Positions 1 to 12,499 of a stretch of 64,000 nucleotides of DNA are shown here, piece by piece. The position numbers and the translations under genes were made by a program. The stretch is taken from NCBI RefSeq assembly GCF_009834535.1, contig NC_045696.1, forward strand, positions 33,110,001-33,174,000. Direction: 5' to 3'. Position 1 is the first letter of the stretch. The number at the start of each line of letters is the position of its first letter. Source of the DNA: Camelus ferus (lineage: Eukaryota). The notes under the pieces were generated by a model, which saw only the letters and a list, made by a program, of their open reading frames with translations, ran no database searches and was not told the DNA's origin.

Positions 1-899
1 ATGGAATAATTCATACAAGTCAACGGTATCCCTCCTTTGGTGCCAGGGGGCACCTCACCCTCTCGATAACTACAAAATTTAGCTCCCGCAGTCTCTGGTG
101 GTCCACTGTGTTCTTAAGTGCAACCCCTGTGGGGCGGTGAATGGCATGTAGGGTCTTCTACTCCCCGGGCTATGAGTATTTGTGATTGATAATACTCATA
201 TTATCTCATTTGTGCAGAGTTGAATGCTGTGTGTTCAGGCATTCCCATAATCTAACGGCAAGAATAATCCCTCACTAATGGGGTGAATAGGAGGTGTTTA
301 AAATGCTAAACCCCATCTTAAAGAATTAGTCTATGGACAGTGAGGACATTAACCTAAACAGAAGAGGAAAAATAAGAAGGCATTCTGAATTAAAAAAAAA
401 AAAAATAATGGCCACAGTGCATTTGTGGCACAAGGTGAAGACTGTCTTGGCTAGAGTAGAAGGTACTTTGGTACTTTTGAGTGATCAATGTATTTAAAGA
501 TCATGGGCCATGAAAATTATTCAAAGGAACTGGATAGGAATTTTTCAAAGGAATTATTCAAAGGAACAGTGTTTGCTGGATTCATGAGTTTGCGAAAGAA
601 AGTGTCCTGATAAGAGCTGTATTTGAGGAAGATTAGAAATATGGAAGACATAAAATCTCAGGGTTAGTAGAAATTTTAAGGCTTTAAGTCTCCCTTTCAA
701 GGCTTGGGTCTCCTCTCCCAGGTTCTTGCCACGTGATCATCCAGTAAAGCTTAAGTTTGAATATGTATCCTACCTACCTTCCATGCCATCTTTGGGTACC
801 TCTACCTTGTAAAAAATTTTAACTTCAATTTGATGCTTGTACATGTTATTCCTATTATAACTATAAGATCCAAAGAAACAAGTTTAATTACCCTTCCAT

Positions 900-1037
900 G
901 GGACAGAAAGAAACTTTTATGTACTGCAACTGGGACCCAAGGAAGCTCACTGTATTATCCACCATAATTGGAGCAGAGAGCTGCAAAGCAGAATTCAAAT
1001 CCAGTTTTTCCAATTAATAGTCTTCCCATTACACTAC
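900..1037 (-). mobile_element. Degenerate MIR SINE fragment
   Basis: Matches the antisense MIR pattern: 'gcagaattcaaatccagt...tcttcccattacacta'. Confidence 0.5.
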
Positions 1038-2984
1038 TGTTGTCATTGACAAAGACAAGGAAGTTATAACATGTATCTATGGGTTATTTTACCTTGAGCA
1101 GTTGAAAAACATGCTCTAATTTTGTGGTGCGAAGCTTAAAATAAAACGACTATGGCTTTTTTATATACATGTACCCAGATTTTTTCCTCATCTTTAAGGA
1201 TACGGACTTTCACATCTTGGAAGTGTATACAATTAAGAAAAGTAATTACTGCTTTTTTTTTTAATTAAATGTAACCAGTTAAAGTTTCTATTATTTTGTT
1301 TTAAAATAATTAACATGGAAGTCCTTTGAAAAGATGAATATTCTTCTCCAAAGGGAATTTTCTGACTCTGTATAGCACCTTTGCATTAGTTAAATTCCCA
1401 GATGGAACATGTGCATTCAAATGCTTTCAAATACTTTAGATCCCCAAACTACGGAAACTGATGCTTCACAATTGCTTTGTAATTACAACTAGCATAATTA
1501 TATAAATAACACAGGTCAAAACTCAGGAGCTGTAGCTTTCTCATATGAGAATGGTTGAGGGCTCTACCTTTTGCACTGTATTTTCTGTTAATGTTATTTT
1601 GGTGTTGATAAACTCAGATATTGTCATAAATTGAGTACCCCTGGCATATGAAAAGGCATCTACTTTTTTTTTTTTAATTGGAAAGATTATAAGTAGAAGC
1701 GTCAAATAGATTTTGGTATGTATGCAAATGTAATTCATCTGTTTTTTTTTTCTGTCTAAACTAGAATCATAAAGTTGAATATCACATTAAGATCTGTATT
1801 AGTTATTCAGGTGATACAATTTCTTTTCTTCTTCCTTTTTTTTTTTTTTTAACACAAAAATGCCCTGGAGCATTAAATCTTTTTTGTATTCATCTGAGTA
1901 ACTAGAAAAAGAACTTTGTAGTGGTTGCTTGAAAATGAAAACTGCTGGGAACTGAGGGGGAGGAGATGTATGCAGTTCTTTGTCCTGAGTCTCAGCTTGT
2001 GGGGCACACAATTCTACCGTGAAGAATGAGTTCTGTGGGATTTTTATACCTTTATTATAGAAAATAGAAGTTTGAACTTGAGGATATTTTCCCCTTTTTT
2101 ATGACATTGTAATGTTTTGGACAGATAAATTCCAAACTCTAAGGAGCAATCTAAAACCTTTGAAACATAAAGACTGAAAGTAACAATAAGTTACAAACAA
2201 AATGAGCTTTGTAAGCTCTACAATAGGAAGTCACTTCATCACATTACCTTTCATATTTCTCTTCAAAGCAGACGAACCTTCCCAGTCTGTGTATATTGTT
2301 AATAAAATATAGCACCAATTCCCATGACAATTTATTGAACTACACTCACCTTCTGTTATTACCAAAAGACTAAAAAATCTCAAGTCCACGTGCAGCAGAC
2401 CCATGGGTTTGTGGGGTGGGAATTGGAATAAAGGGAAATATGTGGGAACTAAATGAGAGCTCTGAGCAAGGACATGACTTATCCCATTCATAAGTTAATA
2501 CTGCCTACATGAGCAAAGGATAAATCTAACACTCAGTCTAACAACATATTGTGTCATTCCTGTGATTGTTTATCTCTACTGGCATCTAAGGAAGTGTTCA
2601 CATCTCTCTTTGGAGATAAGAGGAGTGATCAGAGCCATCAGTAGAGGCAGGAACAAATCTGCTTCTGGAGGTCACAGACAAATACTGCAGGCTTGGGAAG
2701 GAGGCCGCTCTCAGACACACTGACCCTTCGACTGCTGCTAACTTCAGGAATGACTGGAAGGCTTCTTTGGTAACACACCTGTGTTCAAATAATGCTTCCT
2801 CTCATTACGGTGATGATAAGGCTTATGAGGTGGTTTGGCTGCTAGTGTTTACCAGCAATGTGGCTCCAGCAGGAAAGGAGGGCAGAGGTGACATCTCCAA
2901 GTGATAGGTTCTTGACCTGGTTTATTAGGAATAGAAAACACCCTTTTTGGAATTCCCAGATTTAACATAATCCAGCTTACATTT

Positions 2985-3530
2985 AAAGGGTCACAATAGC
3001 TTTAGACTGTAGGAGTATAAGAACAGAAGCAGGGAGACCAGTTGGGGGCTAGTGCAGTACCCGCTGGAAAGAAGGCAGGAGGCATGAATCAGAAGGACGG
3101 CTGTGCAGACGGAATCAGGTGGACAGATTTAGGGTGAGTTTGAAGGTATACTTGGCATGCTTGTCTGATGTGATGTGAGAGAAAGAACGGGGGATATATG
3201 ACTTTTTTTTTTTTTTAATCTGAGCAATAGATGTATGGAGGAATCTTATGTGTGACATCAGACCATTGGAGGAGAAGTAGATTAGGGAGAAAGAAAACAA
3301 ATGCTTGGGTTCAGATATGTCAAGTTTGAGATGGCAATTAGACATCCAGGAGAAGATGTGAGCAGGTAGAAATAGGAATATGGTATCTGGGTGATAGGTA
3401 GAGACCAGAGACAGACAGCTGAGTGCCATCAGTAGGAAGATATTTCAAGTCATGAGCCTGAATAATAACAGGAGTGAGTATAGAGAGTGAGGGGGACTCC
3501 ACGAGTAAGCCTTCTGGCATAGAGAAAGTT
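2985..3530 (-). mobile_element. L2 LINE fossil
   Basis: Carries typical antisense L2 strings 'gaagcagggagaccagttgggggct' and 'gatatgtcaagtttgagatggcaattagacatcc'. Confidence 0.75.
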
Positions 3531-4073
3531 TGCATTAAATACTTCGCCTTAGCGAGTCCAAACCCTGCTGTGAAAATCTCCGCCACAACCATAAACCCTG
3601 ACTTCTATGTTTCCCCTGTGCCAGGCTGATAACCCTATTTCTCCTATCTCCTGCCCATCAAGGATGCATTTTGTTTTTCTTAACTGAATGAAACTCTACT
3701 CTACAGGCAGTCCAAAGCTTTCTTTAAAAACCAGCCAGCTTTTGCTCAGGTCACACCTCATAAGCAAAAGTCAACTCTTCGTTGGTTTGAAGACTTGGGA
3801 ATCTAGCCACGTGCCGTGTGAGACACAGCCATGCTGAACAGATTCACCCACCTTCAGACCTCTAGGTAGTTGATGTCTTTTCTAAACTATGAAAGGGGAG
3901 AGGAGTTTCAAGTAGCATTCAGGGTTCTGCAGTAGTCTTCTTGAACAGTGAGCTGCTTGATGTTACTTCCTTGTTCCCCGCTCTACGTGAGAAAGTTGGA
4001 GAGGAATGGGGAACTCAGAAACAGTGTGTCTTCCATCCCATCTTTGCAGAAATAATGCAGTTCATATGAGAGG

Positions 4074-4597
4074 TGTAGAGAAAGAAAAGCCACGTTCCTT
4101 CTACCCTTCTGAGTTCTTGGTTGAGACTTCTATAACAAAAGACAGATTAATAAGAGAAAAAGAAACTGAAGTTTATTAACACATAAAACTCACATATACC
4201 TGACTGATGCCCAGGGAAAAGTGAGTAACTCTTCAAGGTGGTTTATAATTCAGGATTAAATGCCATCTTGATAGTAAAATACTCTTTTAAGGTGGAGTAA
4301 ATGATTTTTTGGAAAGATGAATGGGCTTTTAGAAGAAACAAAAACCTTTGTGACAAAGTTTGTCTGGGTGTGGTAGTCCCCTCCCCTGGGAGCCAGTCTT
4401 CCCTGGTTGATGAAACTGTCAGGGAGGGGTTTATGACAATTGAGTTCCTCTTGGAGAATATGGTTTTTGGCCGATAAGGGGAATTTAGAGAAAGCCTCTC
4501 CCTGCATTTGTTGTTTATCAGGTGTCTACGGTGCAAAAAAAAAAAATCAATATACCAAAGCAGCATATTTTGGGGCGTCATATTCTGCTACCCTTCA
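4074..4597 (-). mobile_element. ERV1 solo LTR, MER34-like
   Basis: The reverse complement starts TGAAGGGTAGCAGAATATGACGCCCCAAAATATGCTGCTTTGGTATATTGA, a MER34-like 5' end shared with 58503. Termini are TG...CA. Confidence 0.75.
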
Positions 4598-5084
4598 GTG
4601 ATTATCAGAGTTACCCCCTTATCTGCAGCCTCTGGCTTCACCTGTGTGCCCCATGTAGAAATACAGAACACCTTCCGTAAGCATCAGGGTTGGTGCTCAT
4701 GCCTACCCAGTGTGTTGTGTGCACTGTGGCTGTTTGGCCTTCAGTGTCAGTTCTCCCAGAGGAAAGTGTTCTGAGCATCTGACCATGAAACCTAAAGATG
4801 TTTTGCTTCAGGACTTTTGATGTGTTCCTATCACAGAGTATATTTTGTGGTCCAGCACTCCTGTTGTTCTAAGAACTGGAACGCCTAGTAAATTTGCCTG
4901 GTTCTCAATTACTGTACAGCAAAAGTCTAGTTGCTTAAAATAGAAACCATTTTATGTAATCCTACAAATAAATATGCGGTGAAGGAACTTGGGAAGTTTG
5001 TCAATAGGTATCACGCGGTTAGGCTTAGAGTCACAGGTAACAGACTGAGAGGTCTTGAACAATGAGCTAGAACTGAGTTCAGTG

Positions 5085-5834
5085 ATGAATATTCTTGACT
5101 TTGATCTGCTATAATGGAGTGAGACTTCTGGGGACCTTGAGAGGGTGAGAGGGGATATTCTACATTGAGAGAGACGTGAATCATTGGAGGCCAGAGGACA
5201 GACTGGGGTGGGGGGGGGAGTCATTGAATATCACTTTAAATGATCCCTGCCTTCTGGTATTCCTGCCCGTGTGTCCTCTCCCTTTGAGTATGGGCTGGAT
5301 CTAGTGGTTTGTTTCTAAAAGGTAGAATATGGCAAAAATTATGGAATGCCACTTCCACGAATAGGTTTTCAAAGACTCTGACCTCTGTCCTTCTAGTAGA
5401 CTTTCTCTGTTGTTTTCTCAGCATGCGTTGTTTTGGGTCCCCCCCCCCCTAATTTTTAATTGAAGTGTAATTGATTTATCAGAACGCATGTTTTTATGAA
5501 GCAGGCTGCCTTATTGGAGAAGCCCATGTGGCAAGGAACTGAGGGCAGCCTATGGCCAATAGTCAGTGAGTAATTGACCTTGTCAGTTTTCTCACAACCT
5601 TTGAGAAATGGAATCCTTCTCTCAGTCACACGATCTTGGAAGCAAATCCAAGATCTAAAGCCCAGTGGACATCTTGCTATACAGCCCGTGGGAGATGCTG
5701 AAGTAGAGGCCCAGGACACGTTGTGCCAGATTTCTGACCCACAGCAACTGTGAGATAACAAATGAGTGCCGTTCTAAGTTTGTGATACTTCAGGTCACTT
5801 ATCTGCTGTTCTGCATCTGTAGATAACAAATGCA
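5085..5834 (+). mobile_element. MaLR: 3' end of MLT1 internal sequence plus MLT1E/F-type LTR (LTR from 5204)
   Basis: 'gacgtgaatcattggaggccagaggacagac|tg' is an MLT1-int/PPT-LTR junction. LTR motifs include 'cccatgtggcaaggaactgagggcagcc' and 'ctgacccacagcaactgtgagataa'. Confidence 0.8.
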
Positions 5835-6229
5835 GAACCTTTACTGCCTTCCATTTTTGCTTCTTTCTGATTGTTAGCTTAATTTGAATTATGGCTTGAC
5901 TTCTTCCACAAAGTGGGGATATGGCTCCTGACTATTTTGAAGTTTTATGTCTCGTAGCTTTTGCCACCAGACAAGGACTGACTCTCTCTCTCTGACCTCC
6001 GACTAGTTAGGATAAACATTTAGATATGTAAACCAAATTGTACCATTGACCCTCTTAGATCTCTCACTCCCAAAGGCTTCTGATTATGTTTAAAATAAAA
6101 TACAATTTTTTCCACAGGCTGGGACTTTCCATGAATGGGATATTTCTTCTCTTACCCACCACTTCATCTTTTTAAAAAAATTTCCCCCACCGCACCCAAC
6201 AAATTCTCCCTGATCACTTTCAGTCCACC

Positions 6230-7180
6230 CTTGTCCTTCTGTCCTCAACTACACACACTCGCTCAGACCTCTTCTATCCCACCAGGCTGTCCAAAATTCT
6301 GCATCCTTGCCTCAATTGTTTTTCTCTTTGATCTTTGTTCTCCTGGACCTTTCCATCCTTCTCATCTCACCAAAAACGTTCTCTTTAAAGAACTGTCTTC
6401 ATATTCCAGCTAAAGTAGTAGCCAACTCCAAGACAACCTGTACACATTTTCCTGTTTAATTTCTGCATGATATATTCCATTGCCATCTGAAATCATCTTA
6501 CATACATACATATTTATTACTTGTTTTCTTCCTATTAGATTGTTAGTTCCATGTGTTACCCCAAAGGGGGAAGGGAGAAGACCCCAGTTCTTGTTTTACC
6601 CGAGAATAATTTAAATGGGAGACTGAAAGAGTGGTATAAGCAGAAAGTTTTATTAGTAAAGCAAAAGTTAGCAAAGCAAAGTACACCTTTGAGAATTGAA
6701 GGGGTCCAACCCAAAAGAGGAAAATGGCATTGCTCCTTTGTTTCTCCTGTCTTGTATCCTGGCTTAGGGGCTGTTCTTGTGATTGATTGACGGCTCAGGT
6801 CCCCTGAGTGCACAGGCACATGCATCTTCTTTGCACATGTTCTTACCATGGTGAACACAGAAAAACCTACAGGAGGGGTTCTAAACCGCAATGCTAATTA
6901 CATTATAATGAGCATTGGGTTATGTTAAGTCAGGTCCTTCTCTCTACTGCCCGCATCGTCCGCTTCTTTACTGACACTCATTTAGAGAAAGTAAAACTCT
7001 TTGAAGCCCCTTATCCTGAGCGCAGGTGTACTGTTACCTTCTGGGTTGCTCCCTCCACCTTCTTCTCCCCCTGCCCAGTGCTCATTTCTGTCTAACTACC
7101 TAACACATGAACTAACAGGGGCCTAGTATTTCATTGCTATGAGTTCAGGGTTTGTTAAATGAATAGTGAATGAGTGAATT
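6230..7180 (+). mobile_element. L2 3' end, split by the LTR at 6554-7105
   Basis: 'ttcctattagattgttagttccatg' lies before the LTR and a (TGAA)n-like L2 tail 'ttaaatgaatagtgaatgagtgaa' lies after it. Confidence 0.6.
6554..7105 (-). mobile_element. ERV1-class solo LTR (family A) with 4-bp TSD
   Basis: TGTTA...TAACA termini, perfect CATG TSD at 6550-6553 and 7106-7109, and AATAAA on the minus strand. It is homologous to 60701-61261. Confidence 0.92.
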
Positions 7181-7419
7181 AACTACAGGAATATTGGACT
7201 TGCAGTATTATACATATAACTCAGCATGATTTCTTTCTTACAGATGAGGAGGCTGTTGGAGAGGTTGGTGTAAGATTGGCAGTGGCCTGTCGTGGAGATT
7301 TGTTAAAGGGAATTTGATAGAGAGGAATATTGTCTGACATACATCCTCTATGGGGCTTATGTAGAAATTTTCTTTGTGTTGGGTACAATTTCTTTTAAGT
7401 AATACTAAAGAAATGCCAT

Positions 7420-8000
7420 CTTGAACACCATTTTGCATTCATTACTGAGGACGAAAATCACGAGTTTACTTCTGGGCATATGAGCTTCAAAGGGCCTTGA
7501 AGACATCTTCATGTATATAACAAACGGTTGGATATTATGTTTCTCATACAGGGAAAAGCGGTTTGAGTTAATGATATATGCTTGTGTGTTTTGTGTAGGG
7601 AACGAAACTTAAGCCTTGGAATAGGTAAAATGTCCCGGGGAGAGAGTGTTGGGGATGCAAAAATAGATTAAGGCCAAACACTGATGCACTTGATTATTTA
7701 AAGGCTGGAGGAGGGATAGCAGTCAACAGTGGAGACAGATGAGAGTCCAGAAACATTAGAGGAAAATCGTAAATAGAAGCTAGGGGAGATCATATTTCAA
7801 GAAGCAAGTAGCAGCAACATATATCCAAAGTTAGCATGTCAGATAAAATGAGAAGAAATTGGCCATTCACTTTAAAATCACAAAAGTCATTGTTACCATA
7901 ACGAAAAAAATTTCTGTGGAGCGAGGACTGAAGTCAGACTGAGGTGAATTGAAGAGAGAATGAAAGTTAGGAGTAAAAGTTCACACGTGAAAAAAGTTGA
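7420..8000 (-). mobile_element. L2 LINE fossil
   Basis: Purine-rich antisense L2 pattern, e.g. 'gaggactgaagtcagactgaggtgaattgaagagagaatg'. Confidence 0.6.
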
Positions 8001-8916
8001 ACAAAGTGACAAGATTATTAGCACGATTTCTGTGACCCTTCTGCCTCCCTCCTTCAGGAGAAAGTCTGGCCATTTAATCTACATATGGTGAAAGCGAATT
8101 CAGCCTTGAATGTATATTTTCACCTGAATGCTTTTCTTTCATTGAATTTATTGGTCTTTGTTTCCCAGCATCTGTTTCCTCTTTATTCTTTAATAATAGA
8201 CCAAGAGTAATGGAAATCATCCAGGAACTGACACTGCATTGAAATAAACCTGGAAGTGAGACTCCAAATTCAGTTTTAATAAGATCTAAATGTGTCCCTT
8301 TGAAATTATTACTTACCTGTAAAAGAAGCAGATTTTGCAAACTCTCTTAAGATCTTTCACTTTCCCCAATTCCATGTGAATGTTTTAAGACCGCATTTTA
8401 CTTAAAACCATTGTGAGTAATTTGCATTTTAGTTGTGAAATATGGGCATAGATAAACAATTATCCAACCTTCCAGGGAGCTTTTTAATTTAATTATTAGA
8501 AATCTACTCACTTATTATTTGTCTTCAACAGAAAAATAATTAACAGATGTTCTGTTTTCCAACTAGATTTTAATTTTCTGCAAATAAGTTGATAAGTTGA
8601 CATTCTATCTAGGTAAACATCACAGGCATATTAAATTAATTCAAATAAAACCAGATGAGAGCATATTCTCTTTAAATAAATAATATGTATAGTTAATATT
8701 TTATTTTATTGTGTATAATCCTCTTACTCCTATATCTAGAATACTATTCAAAAAAAAAAAAACTTGCCATTTTAGTTTCCACATAAAAGTTTAACCACAG
8801 AGTTAACCATATGTTCAATTGAGGAATTTATCCCTAATTATGAGTTTTATAACAATGATTCTCTCCTGTGAGAAACAGAAACTAGGAAAGACTTTTCGTG
8901 AAAATACAGTTTGAAT

Positions 8917-8954
8917 TTTTCTTTCTTTCTTTCTTTCTTTTTTTTTTTTTTTTT
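8917..8954 (+). repeat. (TTTC)n / poly-T tract
   Basis: Read directly from the sequence. Confidence 0.9.
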
Positions 8955-10394
8955 GACAAACTGCAATTTGAACTTTCCATCAGCATTTCAAAAATAAGTT
9001 TGTCAGGATGAGAAAAGGAAGACAATGCAGCCGCCTACTTTCCTGACGCCTGCTGTGCTTTCCAAATGATGATTTTGGCATTTGCGCTTTGCTATAGCAA
9101 AGAAAAGAAATAAAAGTAAGATTCAGATAAGGTCTGGTTCTATGATAATATCTGTAACTTCTAAATGACCAACGTAAGGCAGAAACACATCTACGTTAGT
9201 ATTTTGGCACCTAATTCAGTTTCTCCCCTAGACTCGAAGGTGCCGTGTAGATGATACACTTTAGAATCAATTATTTTTATTACATTCATGAAAACACAAA
9301 GAAATTTGCTCCTATGAATTATGAAGGAAATGTTTAGGTGCCTTAAAAAATAAAAAACAAGAAATCTTGGTTTCAGAGTAAACCTAGATGATGTTATCTC
9401 TATGGCAACTTAAAAAAAAAATCACTTTCCATGTACTAGTGCCATGGCAGGCTTTCTATAATTCAGTAATTTATTATGATAAAGGTAAAATGTACTTTTA
9501 GAAATGTGAGCATCTAGTTACACTACCTAAATTCACCAGTTTAGAAGTAAAAGCTTGCATAATTTTACTACCTTTCTTTGGACCGCACAGTTTTCTTGGA
9601 GCACATCTGGGACAGTACCACATCTGACTCTTTGCTTGGCAGTACTGTGTATTACACAAGACCAATTGCCCATCAGAAGCCCATGTTACTTTTCTAAAGG
9701 CAAATGCCAGGCCACTAGTACCCTGCATTCTGTTTCAGTAGGTCTGAGGAGTGACAAAGTCATGTCTGACTGTGGTGTGTAGACAGCTGGGGAATGACTG
9801 TTAAATACTCAAAACTTGCCTTATCTGCTCACTAGAGGTCATAGAATGTTAGTCTTACTTGACTGAATAGATATTTGTTTAGAAGAGTTGTGTCCAGAGT
9901 GGAGTAGGTAGCATCCTTAGGACATATTATAACATGGCATGGAATTCTCATATCATCACTTGGGAATCAGTACTTTCCAGATCCTACAGCTTTTACTCAC
10001 AGTGTGTGTTATTACTAAGGAGTCAAAACTTCAATAGAAAATCTTGGTGTGTCATATATTTATGTGTGTGTATGTTTAGTTTCTTCTGAATACTAGTGTT
10101 TCTACTAAGGAAAGCATTTAATAATCAAGACTCATTTTTTTCCTAAAGCCAAAAACTGAAGATAAGCAAACCTCTTTTCATTTCCTTTTCACATTATCTG
10201 TTTTCTGTTTATTACTAAAGACGCAATTGTAATTCTGGTACAATGTTTGATATTCTCCCAGGTTCTAGGTAGAAAAAATATTAGTCATAAAGATAGATTG
10301 TTGGTTAATCATTTTTTTTAACTAACAATAATCTCTCCCCTTCTTTCTCCTCTCTGTAGATAATAGTGTTTTTATTTAAGAACACAACTTTACA

Positions 10395-10595
10395 ATCAGA
10401 GAACTGGAGGCTTGGGTCCTGTGTCTGCTTGTTTCCAGTCTGTTACTTAACTCAAGTTACTTAGATTCTCTAAAGTCTTCATTTCCTAATTTTAAAATGA
10501 TAATAATATTTGCTTTAATCATTATTGTAAGCATTGAATATGAGAAGATGTGTGAAACCATTAACATACTGCCCAAGACATATAAGTTATTAATT
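10395..10595 (+). mobile_element. MIR SINE
   Basis: MIR core 'caagttacttagattctctaaagtcttcatttcctaattttaaaatg'. Confidence 0.75.
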
Positions 10596-10651
10596 GATTA
10601 ATAAGATTTCATTATTGCATTATCAATAAGAAAACTGAAGAAAATGAATAT

Positions 10652-10924
10652 TGCCATGGACTTAATATTTGTGTTCCCCCAAATTCATATATTAAAACTC
10701 CAATCCCCAATATGATTGTATTGGAGGTGAGGCCTTTAGGAGGTAATTAGGTCTAAAGAGTGGAGCCTTCAAGAGTGGAATTAGTGCCCTTTTGACAGAG
10801 ACACAAAGAAATGATCTCTCTCTCTACCATCTAAGGACATACCAAGAACTGAGAAATGAACTTCTGACTTTTAAGCCACCCAGTCCTTGGAATTCTGTTA
10901 GAACAGCCCAAACAGACTAAGACA
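10652..10924 (+). mobile_element. MLT1A-type MaLR solo LTR with internal deletion
   Basis: 5' end 'tgccatggacttaatatttgtgttcccccaaattcatat' and 3' end 'ttaagccacccagtc...aacagactaagaca'. Confidence 0.85.
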
Positions 10925-11029
10925 GAAATATTGGAATAATAATGGGAAACTCACAGGAATAAGAAAAACCTGGGAAAACAAACATAGGAATCAGTGGATC
11001 CATGATTCTCCCTGACATTTTCCAGGAGT

Positions 11030-11297
11030 TTTAAAACAGCCTCTTTTGAGTGTTTCATCTACCTTTTGTCCATATGTTACTCTGCTCAAGATTTAGATTT
11101 CTGGGAGAGTATGAGTGGTCCACCTGGGTCCGGTGCACTCTGCAAGGGTGAGGGGAGGAGCATGCAGAGTGACAGGTCTTTGATAGACATTTCCATGAAG
11201 AACACAGGGAATGTAAGAATTGTTCCATAAAGAAAAGAGGGACAGTGATTTTTAAAGAAAAAGGATGAGAGAGAACGGTTGGGGAAATATCTACTAT
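11030..11297 (-). mobile_element. Old MaLR LTR fragment (MLT1K/L-like)
   Basis: The reverse complement 'tagtagatatttccccaaccgttctctctcatcc...cactgtccctcttttc' resembles the MLT1K/L 5' end. Confidence 0.55.
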
Positions 11298-11744
11298 ATT
11301 CATCCTTGTATGTTTGAAATATAAAGAGACATTCACACACAAATACTTTTTTCATTTCAATTTTGAAATGTCCCCACTTTACATAATTGTATATCATGAG
11401 CATGTACACATGCACACACACACACTGTACCCTATTTCTACAGGGTTATAGCCTGAATATCAATGACAAGTACTTGGCCTTGAGTGATGCCCATTTTTCC
11501 TATAAAATGTTGTAACATGATGTGAGAGTCTAAACTATGAACATAAATGTATAAGTTTATGTTTATTTACCTCTAAAACACTTTATATAGATTAGCAGAA
11601 GAAAGATCATTGGAAAGGTATAGCAAGATATATGATTAAATATATATTTGGGCTATGAAGTGAGATCATGATTCTTTTCTAATATGCAATTAAAACCCCA
11701 GTTGTAGTTGATTTTCTTTCATATGGTCACATCCATTAAACTAA

Positions 11745-12352
11745 CATCTGGGGTAAGACCTCTCCAGAAGCTGGACAAAGCAAGCAAGCAAGCCACCAAT
11801 CAGCCAACAAACTTCCTTTTCCAGATAGCCTTGCGACTCGGTTTTGGGATGTGACTTCATTTTCACCGATCGCTGCATTTGTGTGAATTGCCAGACTTGT
11901 GTAAGCTTGGAAGATTAATTGAAGTGGAGAATATCTTTCTTTCCTCTGCTTCTCATATATATGGTGCCTACCCTAGTCATGGAGATGCTGTAATTTTAGG
12001 TGTCAACCTGCAATGGTGAGGCTGTGAGTTCATTGATTGATTTATTGCCCATGCAGATTAAGCAACAGACATGGCTGTAGGACAAGCAGTCGCAGAGGTG
12101 GTAGAGGTTTCTGATATTATGAACTGAAGTGAACGCACCTATGTTCCTAAAGATAACCATCCCAAATGCTGTTTCCTGATTTCCCTTCTCTGCTGATTGT
12201 GGCAGAGAAGGCAGCTCTTTGGACCAGATCTGTAGTATTGTTGCTGCTCATTCACTGGTGGAGTGATCTAAACTTTTTTCCTCAGTTATTTGAAGCCTTG
12301 ACAATCTTTCCTGTTTTGTTTTGCAGTCATGTAACCGTAAAAACTTTGGACA
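11745..12352 (+). mobile_element. ERVL LTR, LTR33-like
   Basis: 'tttccagatagccttgcgactcggttttgggatgtgac' and 'ctgattgtggcagagaaggcagctctttgg' match LTR33-type motifs. Confidence 0.65.
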
Positions 12353-12499
12353 TAGTAGAGAACAGAAAGCATCCCAATCACCTGAGCGCCAATTGCACTT
12401 TCCTAGGCTCCTATTTTATAGTAGGTGTCTTACTGTCCTTTATCACTCTTCTGTTACTGGAAATATTCTACCCAACACTGAAACACCCCTTTTTGTTTT

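Noticed and set aside
2287..2349. Intron linking the minus-strand donor at 2350 to the acceptor at 2286
   Set aside because: It would be only 63 nt, below the usual mammalian minimum.
6551..6891. Similar ORFs at 6556-6891 and 60934-61345 as a gene family
   Set aside because: The similarity simply reflects the two homologous LTR copies.
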